Assembly (NCBI GenBank): GCA_965224245.1
Contig: OZ245046.1
Coordinates: forward strand, 5,728,001 to 5,792,000
Reading direction: 5' to 3'
Source of the DNA: Candidatus Eiseniibacteriota bacterium
GTDB lineage: Bacteria > Eisenbacteria > RBG-16-71-46 > CAZAMP01
DNA length: 64,000 nucleotides
Made by a program: the position numbers and the translations under genes. Shown here in pieces: positions 1-9,371 of the stretch. Below the pieces are notes generated by a model. The model saw only the letters and a list, made by a program, of their open reading frames with translations, ran no database searches and was not told the DNA's origin. Within the stretch, counting starts at the first letter, position 1; each line of letters starts with the position of its first letter.

Positions 1-2
1 TG

Positions 3-608
3 ACGATGGTCGAGGTCGACGCGAACGATCCCGCCATGCAGAACCCCACGAAGTTCGTGGGACCGGTGTACGCCGCGGCCGAGGTCGACCGACTGCGGGC
101 CGAGCGCGGCTGGGCCATGAAGGAGGACAAGGGGCGCGGCTGGCGGCGCGTGGTCCCCTCGCCGGAACCGGTCGGCGTCATGGAGCGCGACGAGATCGTG
201 ACGTTGATGGACTCGGGCACGATCGTGATCTCCGGTGGTGGCGGGGGAATCCCCGTCAGCCGCACCGGGAGCGGCGAGCCGATCGGCGTGGAGGGCGTCG
301 TGGACAAGGACCTCTCGTCGGCCATCATCGCGCTCGCGGTGGGCGCCCCCGAGCTGTTCATCCTCACCTCGGTGTCGCACGTCATGCGCGACTTCGACAA
401 GCCCGACGAGCGGGCGATCGAGAGCATGACGGTCACCGAGGCACGAGCGCTGATGGCCGAGGGACAGTTTCCGCCCGGCAGCATGGGACCGAAGATCGAG
501 GCGGCCTGCCGGTTCATCGAGGGTGGCGGAGGTCGCGTGCTGATCACCGACCACTCCAGTCTGATCGAGGCGCTCGCCGGCAACGCGGGGACGTGGATCA
601 CGCCGTAG
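3..608 (+). CDS. arcC: Carbamate kinase (5' truncated by window edge)
   Basis: Motifs PTKFVGP, GWRRVVPSPEP, GGGGIPV, GVEGVVDKD and GSMGPK are typical of carbamate kinase. Confidence 0.93.
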   Translation, partial: TMVEVDANDPAMQNPTKFVGPVYAAAEVDRLRAERGWAMKEDKGRGWRRVVPSPEPVGVMERDEIVTLMDSGTIVISGGGGGIPVSRTGSGEPIGVEGVVDKDLSSAIIALAVGAPELFILTSVSHVMRDFDKPDERAIESMTVTEARALMAEGQFPPGSMGPKIEAACRFIEGGGGRVLITDHSSLIEALAGNAGTWITP

Positions 609-667
609 GGGCCGCCGACTGGTCGCGCCCTCGATCGGATCGGATCCGCGTCGCGTTCCGGTCCGGG

Positions 668-2062
668 CTAGCCGATCCGATCGCGCCCCTGCATGTGCGG
701 CCGGAGCACCTCGGGGATCGTGATCGTCCCGTCCGCGTTCTGGTACATCTCCAGGATCGGGATCAGGATGCGGGGTGAGGCGATCACCGTGTTGTTGAGG
801 CTGTGGCAGAAGGTCGTCTTTCCGTCCTCGTCGCGGTAGCGCATGTTCAGCCGCCGGCACTGGTAGTCGTACAGCCGCGAGGCCGAGTGGGTCTCGCCGT
901 AGGCGCCCAGCGGCCGGTCGTCCGCGTCGCGCTCGCCCCGGCTCGGCATCCAGCACTCGATGTCGATCATGTCGGCGTTCTTGACCCCGAGATCACCGGT
1001 GCAGCACTGGATGAGCCGATGGGGCAGCTCGAGGGCGCGCAGGAGCTCCTCGACGATGCCGATCATCGTCCGGTGCCACTCGCGGCTCTCGGCCTCGTCG
1101 GCGCGGCAGATGACCACCTGCTCGACCTTGTCGAACTGATGGATCCGATAGAGCCCCGCGGTGTCCTTACCCGCGGAGCCCGCCTCGCGGCGGAAGCACG
1201 TCGACACGGTGGCGTACTTGAGAGGCAGCATCTGTGGATCGAGGATCTCGTCGGCGTGGAGGCTCATGAGCCCGACCTCGCCGGTGCCGGTCAGAAACAG
1301 ATCGTGGCCGCCGCTTCGCGACTCGTCGATGTGATAGGCCTGATCCCGCCCCGATGGGAAGAAACCCGTGCCCACCATCGACGCCTCGCGCACGATCACG
1401 GGCACCGACATCGGTCTGAATCCGTGCCGCGTCGTGATCAGATCGAAGCCGCAGCGCAGGACGGCCTGATGGAGCGCCATCCCATCGCCGCTGAGCGCGT
1501 AGTGACGTGTGCCCGACATCTTCACCGCGCGCTCGAACTCGACGAGACCGTGCAGATCGATCAGCTCGAGGTGCGTGCGGGGCGCGAAGCCCCGCTGGCT
1601 CTCGAACGTCTCGCTCGTGTCGAAGCCGTCGGGGTTCCAGCGCGAGATCTCGACGTTGTCGTCCTCGCTCCGACCCTTGGGGACGTCGGGGTCGGGTGGC
1701 TGTGGGATGAGTCGCCACAGGTCCATCCGCTCGGGCTCGATTCGCTCGATCTCCTCGGCATGGGCCTGGATCTCGGCTTTCAGCACCTCGGGCCGCCGCT
1801 GCAGCTCGGCGATCTCGGCCTCGACCCGCTCGCGCTCGGCGCCCTCCAGCTTGGCGAGCTGTCCCTTCAGCTGGCCGATCCTGGGTCCCACCTCGCGGCC
1901 CAGCCGCTTCTGCTCGGCGCGGCGGCTCTCCATGTCGGCTTTGCAGCGGCGCAGGCGTTCGTCGAGCGCGAGGAGATGCGGGATGTCCACCTCCACGCCC
2001 TTGTCCCGGGCGCCCCGGATGAAACGCTCGGGGTCCGCGCGCAACGCCTTGAAGTCGATCAT
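668..2062 (-). CDS. serS: Seryl-tRNA synthetase
   Basis: N-terminal coiled coil; LTGTGEV, CFRREAGSAGKDTAGLYRIHQFDKVEQ, HSLNNTVIASPR and ILEMYQNADG class II SerRS motifs. Confidence 0.97.
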   Translation of the reverse strand: MIDFKALRADPERFIRGARDKGVEVDIPHLLALDERLRRCKADMESRRAEQKRLGREVGPRIGQLKGQLAKLEGAERERVEAEIAELQRRPEVLKAEIQAHAEEIERIEPERMDLWRLIPQPPDPDVPKGRSEDDNVEISRWNPDGFDTSETFESQRGFAPRTHLELIDLHGLVEFERAVKMSGTRHYALSGDGMALHQAVLRCGFDLITTRHGFRPMSVPVIVREASMVGTGFFPSGRDQAYHIDESRSGGHDLFLTGTGEVGLMSLHADEILDPQMLPLKYATVSTCFRREAGSAGKDTAGLYRIHQFDKVEQVVICRADEAESREWHRTMIGIVEELLRALELPHRLIQCCTGDLGVKNADMIDIECWMPSRGERDADDRPLGAYGETHSASRLYDYQCRRLNMRYRDEDGKTTFCHSLNNTVIASPRILIPILEMYQNADGTITIPEVLRPHMQGRDRIG

Positions 2063-2090
2063 CGTCGGGTTTCCTCGCCCGGTCGTGGGC

Positions 2091-2519
2091 TCAGTTCATC
2101 AAGCCGGGGGCCACGAGCGCGAACTCGTCGATCTTGACGGTTCGGGTCTGGTTGTCGTCGTCGATCACCTCGTACGTGCCGCGCATGAACCCGAGGTTCG
2201 TGGGCAGCGGGACCGAGCTCTGGTACTCGAAGCTCTCGCCGGGCACCAGGCGCGGCTGCTCACCCACGACGCCCGTTCCCTTGACCTCGTGGCGATGCCC
2301 CACGCCGTCGGTGATGATCCAGCGTCGCCGCATCACGCGAATCGCGGCGGGTCCTTCGTTCGAGATGCGGATCCGGTATGCGAACACGTACCGCCCCTGG
2401 TCGGCGGCAGAGTGCTGCGGGGAGAAGTAGCTGACCACCGTCACGCGGACGCCGTCCGTGACGGCCTCCGACCGGGTTCGCGCCGGGTTGTCCGGCGACC
2501 ACAGATACTCGGTTCGCAC
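2091..2519 (-). CDS. apaG: ApaG protein
   Basis: YVFAYRIRISN, RRWIITDG and GVVGEQP..PGESFEYQS motifs. Confidence 0.93.
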   Translation of the reverse strand: MRTEYLWSPDNPARTRSEAVTDGVRVTVVSYFSPQHSAADQGRYVFAYRIRISNEGPAAIRVMRRRWIITDGVGHRHEVKGTGVVGEQPRLVPGESFEYQSSVPLPTNLGFMRGTYEVIDDDNQTRTVKIDEFALVAPGLMN

Positions 2520-2648
2520 CGTGGGTCCTCGGGTCGTGTCGTGGCCGGTCGGCCGGCCGGTGGCCCCGCCGGAGGCGGGAGTCGGGCGAAAACGTTGGGA
2601 TCCGGGCTGCCGGACGTTAGAGTGACCGCCGCCCTCGCTCGCCGGCCC

Positions 2649-2873
2649 TCAGGCCGACTGGCGCAGGAGGCGGACGATCTCGCCGTCCTCGGGAAACCGC
2701 CGCAGCTCGAGCTTCGAGAAGACCAGGCTGCCGTCGCGCCGGATCTCGAAGGCTCCTCCGCGGGACTCGACGAGCTCGGGCTTCACGCCCAGCTCACGTT
2801 CGATCTCGTCCGCCAAACTGGCGGCTGCCGGACCGTAGTTTCACTGAACGCAGTATGCGATGGACACCGTCAT
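2649..2873 (-). CDS. SelW/SelT/SelH (Rdx-family) selenoprotein, 74 aa, Sec at codon 11 (UGA at 2843..2841)
   Basis: Reads MTVSIAYCVQ-U-NYGPAAASLADEIERELGVKPELVESRGGAFEIRRDGSLVFSKLELRRFPEDGEIVRLLRQSA*; CxxU, GGAFEI and VFSK..RFP are Rdx motifs; GGGAG RBS 5 nt upstream of ATG. Confidence 0.9.
2810..2824 (-). promoter_or_regulatory. Bacterial SECIS-like hairpin
   Basis: mRNA CCGCCA-GUU-UGGCGG stem-loop; the loop starts with G 22 nt after the in-frame UGA. Confidence 0.7.
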
Positions 2874-3018
2874 GGTCACTCCCAGTCGAGGTCGAACCGG
2901 ACACCGAAAACGATCGGAACAGGGTACCGGGAGCCCTCGTACGGCGCAACCATGCGCCAACGGGCCCGCCGCGCGGGCCCGCCGGATCACCACCGCCGCG
3001 TCCCGCGCGGTGGTCACG

Positions 3019-4200
3019 ATGGCCGTGGGGGCCGCGATCACCGTGTCGCTCGTCGTGACCGCGGCGCTCGCGGCGTCGTCCCGTCCGCCGGATCGGGGCG
3101 CGCTCGAACGCATGTGCCGCGAGGTGTCGGCCGCCGCGCTCGTGGATGCCGACACCGGGCAGCCGCTGTTCCTGTACGAGGCCGACGCCGTCCTGCCACC
3201 CGCGTCCACGGTCAAGCTGATGTTGCTCCTGGTGGCCTCCGAGGAGCTGGCCCGTTCGGGACGGGGTCCGGCCGACAGCATCCGGATCTCGCGTCGCGCG
3301 CGCGCGACCGGCGGTCAGCAGCTCTACCTCGAGGAGGGCGAGCGATACAGCATCGAGACGCTCGCCCTGGCCACGGCCGTGCACTCGGCCAACGACGCGG
3401 CGGTCGCGCTGGCCGAGGGCCTCTTCGGATCCTACGAGCGCGCGGTCTCCCGGATGAACGCGCGGGCCTCGGAGCTGGGTCTCGGAGCCACACGCTTTCG
3501 CACGCCGCACGGTCTGCCGGCGGGCTGGGGCCAGAAGGGCGATCGCTCGACCGCGCACGATCTGGCCCGCCTGGCTCGCGCGGCGAGCGCCGATACGATG
3601 GTCGCGCGCTGGTGTGCGGTACAGCGGACGCCGTTTCCGGGTCGCGACCTCATCCTGATCAACACCAACACGCTCCTTCGCGACGGCGACCACGTCACCG
3701 GCCTCAAGACCGGCTTCACCCAGCGTGCGAGGTACTGCTTCATCGGATCGGCCGAGCGCGACGGTCGCCGTCTCGTGTGCGCGATACTCGGATCGCCGTC
3801 CAGCCGGGCCCGGTTTCGTCTGGCCTCCGCGCTCTTCGCGTTCGGCTTCGATCGCTGCCGACGGCGGCTCGTGTTGCCCGCCGGCGTGGAGGTGGCCACG
3901 CGTACGGTGATCGGCGGCGCGGACGTGACCGAGGTCGCGGTCGCACCGCGTGACTCGCTCTGGCTCTGGCAGGACGAGGACGACGCGACACCTCCTCAGG
4001 TGTTCGTGGCCGTGTCCGACTCGTTGACGGCGCCGCTGTCCGAGGGGGAGGTCGTCGGCGAGGTCCGCCTGTACGTCGGCAATCATCTCTCGGGCCGGAC
4101 CTCGGCGCAGGTGGCGCGCTCGGTGGCCGAGGTGTCGGGATGGCGCCGCTTCCTCGATCACTTCGTGGACCGGTCTCCGCCGGAGGCGAAGGGCCCGTGA
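3019..4200 (+). CDS. D-alanyl-D-alanine carboxypeptidase (peptidase S11, DacA/PBP5-like); start approximate
   Basis: PASTVK (SxxK), HSAND (SxN) and LKTGFT (KTG) motifs; N-terminal hydrophobic segment. Confidence 0.9.
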   Translation: MAVGAAITVSLVVTAALAASSRPPDRGALERMCREVSAAALVDADTGQPLFLYEADAVLPPASTVKLMLLLVASEELARSGRGPADSIRISRRARATGGQQLYLEEGERYSIETLALATAVHSANDAAVALAEGLFGSYERAVSRMNARASELGLGATRFRTPHGLPAGWGQKGDRSTAHDLARLARAASADTMVARWCAVQRTPFPGRDLILINTNTLLRDGDHVTGLKTGFTQRARYCFIGSAERDGRRLVCAILGSPSSRARFRLASALFAFGFDRCRRRLVLPAGVEVATRTVIGGADVTEVAVAPRDSLWLWQDEDDATPPQVFVAVSDSLTAPLSEGEVVGEVRLYVGNHLSGRTSAQVARSVAEVSGWRRFLDHFVDRSPPEAKGP

Positions 4201-6044
4201 TCGGCTCTGCCCGGGGGTGGACGTCGGTCGCGGTCGCGCTCGTGCTCTTCGGGATCTACCGCCTCACGCTGGCCCCGAGCATCGGCATCGGAGACTCGGG
4301 CGAGCTGGTCACCGCGGCGGCCACGCTGGGGATCGCGCACCCGCCGGGGTATCCCCTCTGGTGCCTGGTGATGCACCCGTTCACGATGCTGCCGGGCGTG
4401 AGCCCGGCGTTCGCCGTGAACCTGGCGACCGCGCTCTCGTCGTCGGTCGCGGCCGCCCTCGTTGCGTGGATCGCCGCCGGACGCCTGGCGGCACCGCCGT
4501 TCCTGGCCGGCGCGGTCGCGCTCGTGCACGGGGTGAGCCCCGTCCTCTGGAGTCAGTCCATCGTGGCCGAGGTGTACGCGTTCAACCTGGTCGTGGTGCT
4601 GGGGTTGGTGGCGGCGACGCTTTCCCGGGCGTCGGCCTCGCCGCTCGTTCCGTTCCTGTCGGCGCTGGCGCTCGTCTCGCACGGGAGCAACGCCGGCATC
4701 GTGGGGGTCGTCGTCGTGCTGTGGGCACGGCGCGCGGTGCGGGGAGCCGACCGGGCACGGTCGGTGATCCTGGGCGGCGTGGCCGCCCTGGTCGGGCTCT
4801 CGCCGCTGCTGTACCTGCCGGTGCGCTCGGCGACGCTGCCCGCGCTCGACTGGGGGCACCCGGCGGACCTCCATGCGTTTCTCGCGCACGTGACGCGCGC
4901 GCAGTACGGGGGGCTGTCCTGGCCACCGGCGGGTGTCCTGGTCGACATGCTCGCTGCCTGGTGGCGGGCCGACTCCGCGGGCGCGCTCACGACGACGCTC
5001 GGACCGCTGGCGGTACTGGGCGTCGTGACCACGTCCCGCTGCCCGCGCCGGGGCGAGCGCCCGCCCGGAACCGACGTCGCGGGCGCCGTTCGCACGCTGG
5101 CGCTCCTGGCCGGAATCGCGATCGTGGGCGGGATCGCCTCGGTCGCGAGCGGACTGCACGGCGAGCAGCTCCTCGAGCCCGAGGTGTTCTGGATTCCGTC
5201 GTACGCGCTTCTGGCGCTCCTGGCCGCGCACGGTATCGCGGCGCTCGGCCGCGGGGCGTCGCGGGTCGGTGCGCCCGCCGCGGTCGCGGCCGCGCTGGCG
5301 CTGACGATTCTCGGGTGGCCCCGTGTGGATCGCGCCGACAGCTGGATCGCCGAGGACTACGGGCGGGCACTCTTGACGTCCATGCCCGAGCGAGCGGTCC
5401 TCTACGTGACCGCCGACTACCAGGCGTTCTCGATCATGTATCTCCAGACGATCGAGCACCTGCGGCCCGACGTCTCGCTCCGTACCGTGGACGCCCCGCC
5501 TGCCCGCGACGCGTACGGTCACCGGGCGCCGCCGCTCCGGACGCTCGTGGGAGGTGATCGACCGATCTTCGTCACGGTCCCGAAGCCTCCGTTCGATGCG
5601 CTGCCCACGACACCGGAGGGCCTCGCGTTTCGAGTGGGGAACACCGAGCCGTCGTGGACGCCGATCTCGCTCCGGCATCCGGACGACCGCGTCCCGTCCG
5701 TGTTCGAGCGGTCGGCGCTCTACGCGGTACGGTTTCACGAGGCCGCGTACCGCTTCGCGATCGGTGACGAGGCCGGCGCGGTGCGCTCCGCCGCCGCGGC
5801 GGCCCGGTGCGTGCCGGACCTCGCCAGCGCGCTCTCGGACCTGGCGACGCTGCTCGCGACGAACGGGGTTCACGATCGCGCCGACCACCTGTGGCGGCGC
5901 GCGGTGGAGCTGGACCCGACCGACGTTCGGACCTGGCGGAACCTGATCTTGCTGCAGGAGCTGCTCGAGCGACCGGGCGAGGCGGCACGCCTCGCCGCCC
6001 GAGCGCGCGCACACCACCCCGGTGTGGCCGAGTTCCGGCGCTGA
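4197..6044 (+). CDS. DUF2723/TMEM260-like GT-C membrane glycosyltransferase with C-terminal TPR
   Basis: GDSGEL..AATLGIAHPPGYPL, WSQS..AEVY and LLYLPVRS...DWGHP motifs; many TM segments; GTG overlaps the upstream stop. Confidence 0.8.
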   Translation: MIGSARGWTSVAVALVLFGIYRLTLAPSIGIGDSGELVTAAATLGIAHPPGYPLWCLVMHPFTMLPGVSPAFAVNLATALSSSVAAALVAWIAAGRLAAPPFLAGAVALVHGVSPVLWSQSIVAEVYAFNLVVVLGLVAATLSRASASPLVPFLSALALVSHGSNAGIVGVVVVLWARRAVRGADRARSVILGGVAALVGLSPLLYLPVRSATLPALDWGHPADLHAFLAHVTRAQYGGLSWPPAGVLVDMLAAWWRADSAGALTTTLGPLAVLGVVTTSRCPRRGERPPGTDVAGAVRTLALLAGIAIVGGIASVASGLHGEQLLEPEVFWIPSYALLALLAAHGIAALGRGASRVGAPAAVAAALALTILGWPRVDRADSWIAEDYGRALLTSMPERAVLYVTADYQAFSIMYLQTIEHLRPDVSLRTVDAPPARDAYGHRAPPLRTLVGGDRPIFVTVPKPPFDALPTTPEGLAFRVGNTEPSWTPISLRHPDDRVPSVFERSALYAVRFHEAAYRFAIGDEAGAVRSAAAAARCVPDLASALSDLATLLATNGVHDRADHLWRRAVELDPTDVRTWRNLILLQELLERPGEAARLAARARAHHPGVAEFRR

Positions 6045-6152
6045 CGTCGCCGCCGCCGCCACCGCGCCTTCTCGACGCGCGAACCGGATGTCCCCCGCCG
6101 GGGTAAAGCTTGGTACCTTCGCGCCAGCCCGGATCAAGGAGTTGCCAGGCCG

Positions 6153-7940
6153 ATGTCCCGATCGAGCTGGATCGCCGCCGTCGCGGTCACGTCCGTGAGC
6201 CTGTCGTGTGCGCCACCCCCGTCGCCCGTGGAGGCGCCGGCTCCGCGTCAGGCGGCGCCGCGCCCGGTGGCCGTGGAATCCGAGAACCTGGGCGACTTCG
6301 AGCTGGGTCTCCGGATCGCGATGGAGGCGTATCGCCAGATCGGCGTCGTCGAGGACGACTCGCTGAACGCGCTGGTCCAGGACGTCGGCTACCGGGTGGC
6401 GTCCGTCGTGCGGAGCGACGCACCCTTCACCTTTCACGTCATCGACATGCCCGACCCGAACGCATTCGCGCTGCCGGGCGGCTTCGTCTTCGTCACGCGC
6501 GGCATGCTGGAGCTGGGGCTGACCGAGTCCGAGCTGGCCGCGCTGATCGGGCACGAGATCGGACACGTCGCCCGCAACCACTTCGCCCGATCGCAACGCC
6601 TGTCGAGCGTCCTGTCGATCGCGCAGCTCGCGTTGACGGTGGGGGTTCTCCTGGCAGGGGACGGAGGCTCGCCGTCCTACGCACCGAGATACGAGGTGGA
6701 CGACGACGTCATCTACCGGGGGAGCACCGGCCGCGATGCCGTCGTTCAGGGCGTACCTGCGTTCGGGGGGCTGTTTCGAACGCTCGTCGAGCGCAAGTAC
6801 GGCCGCGGGCTGGAGTACGAGGCCGACGAGTTCGGCGCGAGGGCCGCGGTGCAGTCCGGCTACGCCACCGACTCGGCCGAGCGCATGCTGCGTCGCTTCC
6901 GCCGCCACATCCACGACGATCAGACCTACGGCTACTGGCTCACCCATCCGTTCTTCCCCGATCGGATCGACCGGGCGGAGCTGTTCTCGCGCTCTCTGGA
7001 GCGTCCCGCCGAGCCGCCGTCGGCGTTTCAGTACCGGCGGCGCGTCCGCGAGCGGCTGATCGCGATCGCCTCGGCCCGGGGCGCCGAGGACGACGACTCG
7101 GCGGCCTTCATCTACCACCTCGCGCTGGCAGCCGAGCCGTTCGGCAAGTCGGGACTCGAGGCGGGACACGAGATCCTCCGGTTCCGAACGCGTCGAAACG
7201 ACGGGAAGCCGCTCCTCACGCGCGAGCTGTGGCCGATCGTGGCCGACTACGATTCGCTGATCACGGTCAGCGAACGAATCGATGCGGGCGGAGAGCTGAC
7301 CGAGAAGCTACGAGCCGACCGGGACAGTGTCGAGGCCACGCGCCGGGGAGCGCTGTCGGAGTACTACGATCGGCTCGACCGGGACGTCCGCGCCACGAGC
7401 CTGCTCGAGCGCTTCGTGCGGAACTACCCCGACAGTGAACGACTCGACGAGATGCGCTTCAATCTGGCCGAGAACTACCGGCGATCCGGCCGGAGCGATC
7501 TGGCCGCCGAGACCTACCTGAAGCTGATCGAGTCGTCTTCGGACAGCGTGTGGGCCGCGCGCGCGGCCGGTGCGATGCCGTCCATCGTGCCCAGGATCGA
7601 GAGTGCGATCGTGATGCAGGAGCTGCTCGACGCCGACGTTCCCGATTCTCTGGCTCGCCCCGCGCGCGCGCGGATGGACACGCTCGTCACCGACGTGGAC
7701 ACGCTCGAGGAGGCGAGCGAGTTCCTCGAGCGATTCCCGAACAGCGACCATGCACCGGCCATGCGGAATCGCCTGGACGAAGCCGCACACGCCGCGTTCC
7801 GGGAGGCGCGCATCCTGGAAGGTGTCTCCCGCCAGCAGCAGGCGCTCGATGCCTATCATCGAATCCTGTTTCTGGCCCCCGACTCGCCGACGGCCACCGA
7901 AGCGCGTGCCCGCATCGATGTGCTCGTCGGTCCCGGGTGA
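6153..7940 (+). CDS. M48 family zinc metalloprotease lipoprotein with TPR-like C-terminus (BepA-like)
   Basis: Lipobox-like SLSC; PNAFALPGG, HEIGH, EYEADEFG and LTHP motifs. Confidence 0.85.
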   Translation: MSRSSWIAAVAVTSVSLSCAPPPSPVEAPAPRQAAPRPVAVESENLGDFELGLRIAMEAYRQIGVVEDDSLNALVQDVGYRVASVVRSDAPFTFHVIDMPDPNAFALPGGFVFVTRGMLELGLTESELAALIGHEIGHVARNHFARSQRLSSVLSIAQLALTVGVLLAGDGGSPSYAPRYEVDDDVIYRGSTGRDAVVQGVPAFGGLFRTLVERKYGRGLEYEADEFGARAAVQSGYATDSAERMLRRFRRHIHDDQTYGYWLTHPFFPDRIDRAELFSRSLERPAEPPSAFQYRRRVRERLIAIASARGAEDDDSAAFIYHLALAAEPFGKSGLEAGHEILRFRTRRNDGKPLLTRELWPIVADYDSLITVSERIDAGGELTEKLRADRDSVEATRRGALSEYYDRLDRDVRATSLLERFVRNYPDSERLDEMRFNLAENYRRSGRSDLAAETYLKLIESSSDSVWAARAAGAMPSIVPRIESAIVMQELLDADVPDSLARPARARMDTLVTDVDTLEEASEFLERFPNSDHAPAMRNRLDEAAHAAFREARILEGVSRQQQALDAYHRILFLAPDSPTATEARARIDVLVGPG

Positions 7941-7960
7941 TCGCGGGCGGGGGATTTCCC

Positions 7961-7989
7961 TTGACCGGTTCCTGGCGGGCGCTCACCAT
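7961..7989 (+). promoter_or_regulatory. Possible sigma70 promoter for the aminotransferase gene
   Basis: TTGACC-N17-CACCAT. Confidence 0.35.
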
Positions 7990-8086
7990 CCCAGCTCGTC
8001 CCTCCCGACAGGCCACGAAGCCGTAAGTCTCACACTGCAATAGAGTTGAGTTGCGCGTGATCGGCGCGCTGGAAGAGGGCACACAC

Positions 8087-9283
8087 GTGATAGCGACGCG
8101 GTTCGGACGGGTGGCGATCTCGGCCACGATGCAGGTCTCGGCGGCGGCCAAGCGCATGAGGGCCGAGGGCGTCGACATCGTCGATCTGAGCATGGGCGAG
8201 CCCGACTTTCCCACCCCGGACCACATCAAGGCGGCCGCGAAACGCGCCATCGACCAGAACGAGACGCGATACACGATCAACGCGGGCACGGTCGCGCTGC
8301 GCAAGGCGATCGCCGAGCGCATGCGTCTGGACTTCGGTCTCGAGTACGAGCTGGACGAGATCATCGTGTCGAGCGGGGCCAAGCAGTCGATGTTCAACGC
8401 GTACGCCGCGCTGGTGGATCCCGGCGATCGCGTGCTGATCCCGGCGCCGTTCTGGGTGTCCTACCCCGAGATGGTGAAGCTCCTCGGCGGCGACCCGATC
8501 GTGATTCCGTGCGACGAGTCCGCCGGGTTCCTCCTGACGCCCGAGTCGCTGGGCCCGCATCTGGACGGCGCGAAGGTGCTCACGCTCAACTCGCCGTCGA
8601 ATCCGACCGGCGCCACCTACGAGCCCGACGTACTCCGCGAGCTGGTGACGATGGCCGTCGAGGCCGGCGTCACGGTCATCAGCGACGAGATCTACGAGAA
8701 GATGACGTATCCACCGACGACGGCTCTGTCGGCCGCGTCGGTGTCCGAGGCCGCAAAGGCGCGCACCGTGGTCGTGAACGGCGTGAGCAAGACGTACGCG
8801 ATGACGGGCTGGCGCATCGGCTACGCGGCGGGGCCCGGCGACGTCATCAAGGCGATGGGCGTGCTTCAGAGCCACAGCACGTCGAATGCGTGCTCGGTCT
8901 CGCAGGCCGCGAGCCTGGCCGCGCTGTCCGGTCCGCAGGACGTCGTCACCGAGATGGTCGGCGAGTTCGCGGCGCGACGCTCGCTCGCGATGGAGCGTCT
9001 GGCCGGGATTCCCGGGTGGACCTGCGTCACGCCCGGGGGGGCGTTCTATCTCTTCCCGAACGCGTCGGCGTCGCTGGGCACGCGGCACCCTCAGTTCGGC
9101 AACGTCGACACCACGATCGACCTGGCGACGTATCTCATCGAGCACGGACACGTGGCGGTGGTGCCGGGCGAGGGCTTCGGAGCCCCGGGCTTTCTCAGAC
9201 TCTCCTACGCGGCGTCGCGCGAGCGCATCACGACCGCCTTCGACCGGATCCGGTCGGCGCTCGACGCGCTGCGCCCGCGCTGA
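8087..9283 (+). CDS. PLP-dependent class I/II (aspartate-type) aminotransferase
   Basis: GEPDFPTP, NSPSNPTG, SDEIY and SKTYAMTGWRIGY (PLP lysine) motifs. Confidence 0.93.
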   Translation: MIATRFGRVAISATMQVSAAAKRMRAEGVDIVDLSMGEPDFPTPDHIKAAAKRAIDQNETRYTINAGTVALRKAIAERMRLDFGLEYELDEIIVSSGAKQSMFNAYAALVDPGDRVLIPAPFWVSYPEMVKLLGGDPIVIPCDESAGFLLTPESLGPHLDGAKVLTLNSPSNPTGATYEPDVLRELVTMAVEAGVTVISDEIYEKMTYPPTTALSAASVSEAAKARTVVVNGVSKTYAMTGWRIGYAAGPGDVIKAMGVLQSHSTSNACSVSQAASLAALSGPQDVVTEMVGEFAARRSLAMERLAGIPGWTCVTPGGAFYLFPNASASLGTRHPQFGNVDTTIDLATYLIEHGHVAVVPGEGFGAPGFLRLSYAASRERITTAFDRIRSALDALRPR

Positions 9284-9371
9284 TCCGTCCGATCGGGACG
9301 GACGCCACCCGATCGTCCGGCGCGTCCGAGGACGACGATCTCGCGGCGCGCGTCGGGGGGGAGTCGCGCGA

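Noticed and set aside
2841-3281. 146-aa minus-strand ORF ending at TGA 2841
   Set aside because: Only its last 10 codons are real (the selenoprotein N-terminus); the TGA is better read as Sec.
803-3953. Long ORFs 803..2137 (+) and 1509..3953 (+)
   Set aside because: They are antisense or off-frame shadows of serS, apaG, the selenoprotein and dacA; Arg/Pro-rich with no motifs, as expected at high GC.
4158-7169. 1003-aa minus-strand ORF
   Set aside because: Antisense to two well-supported plus-strand genes.
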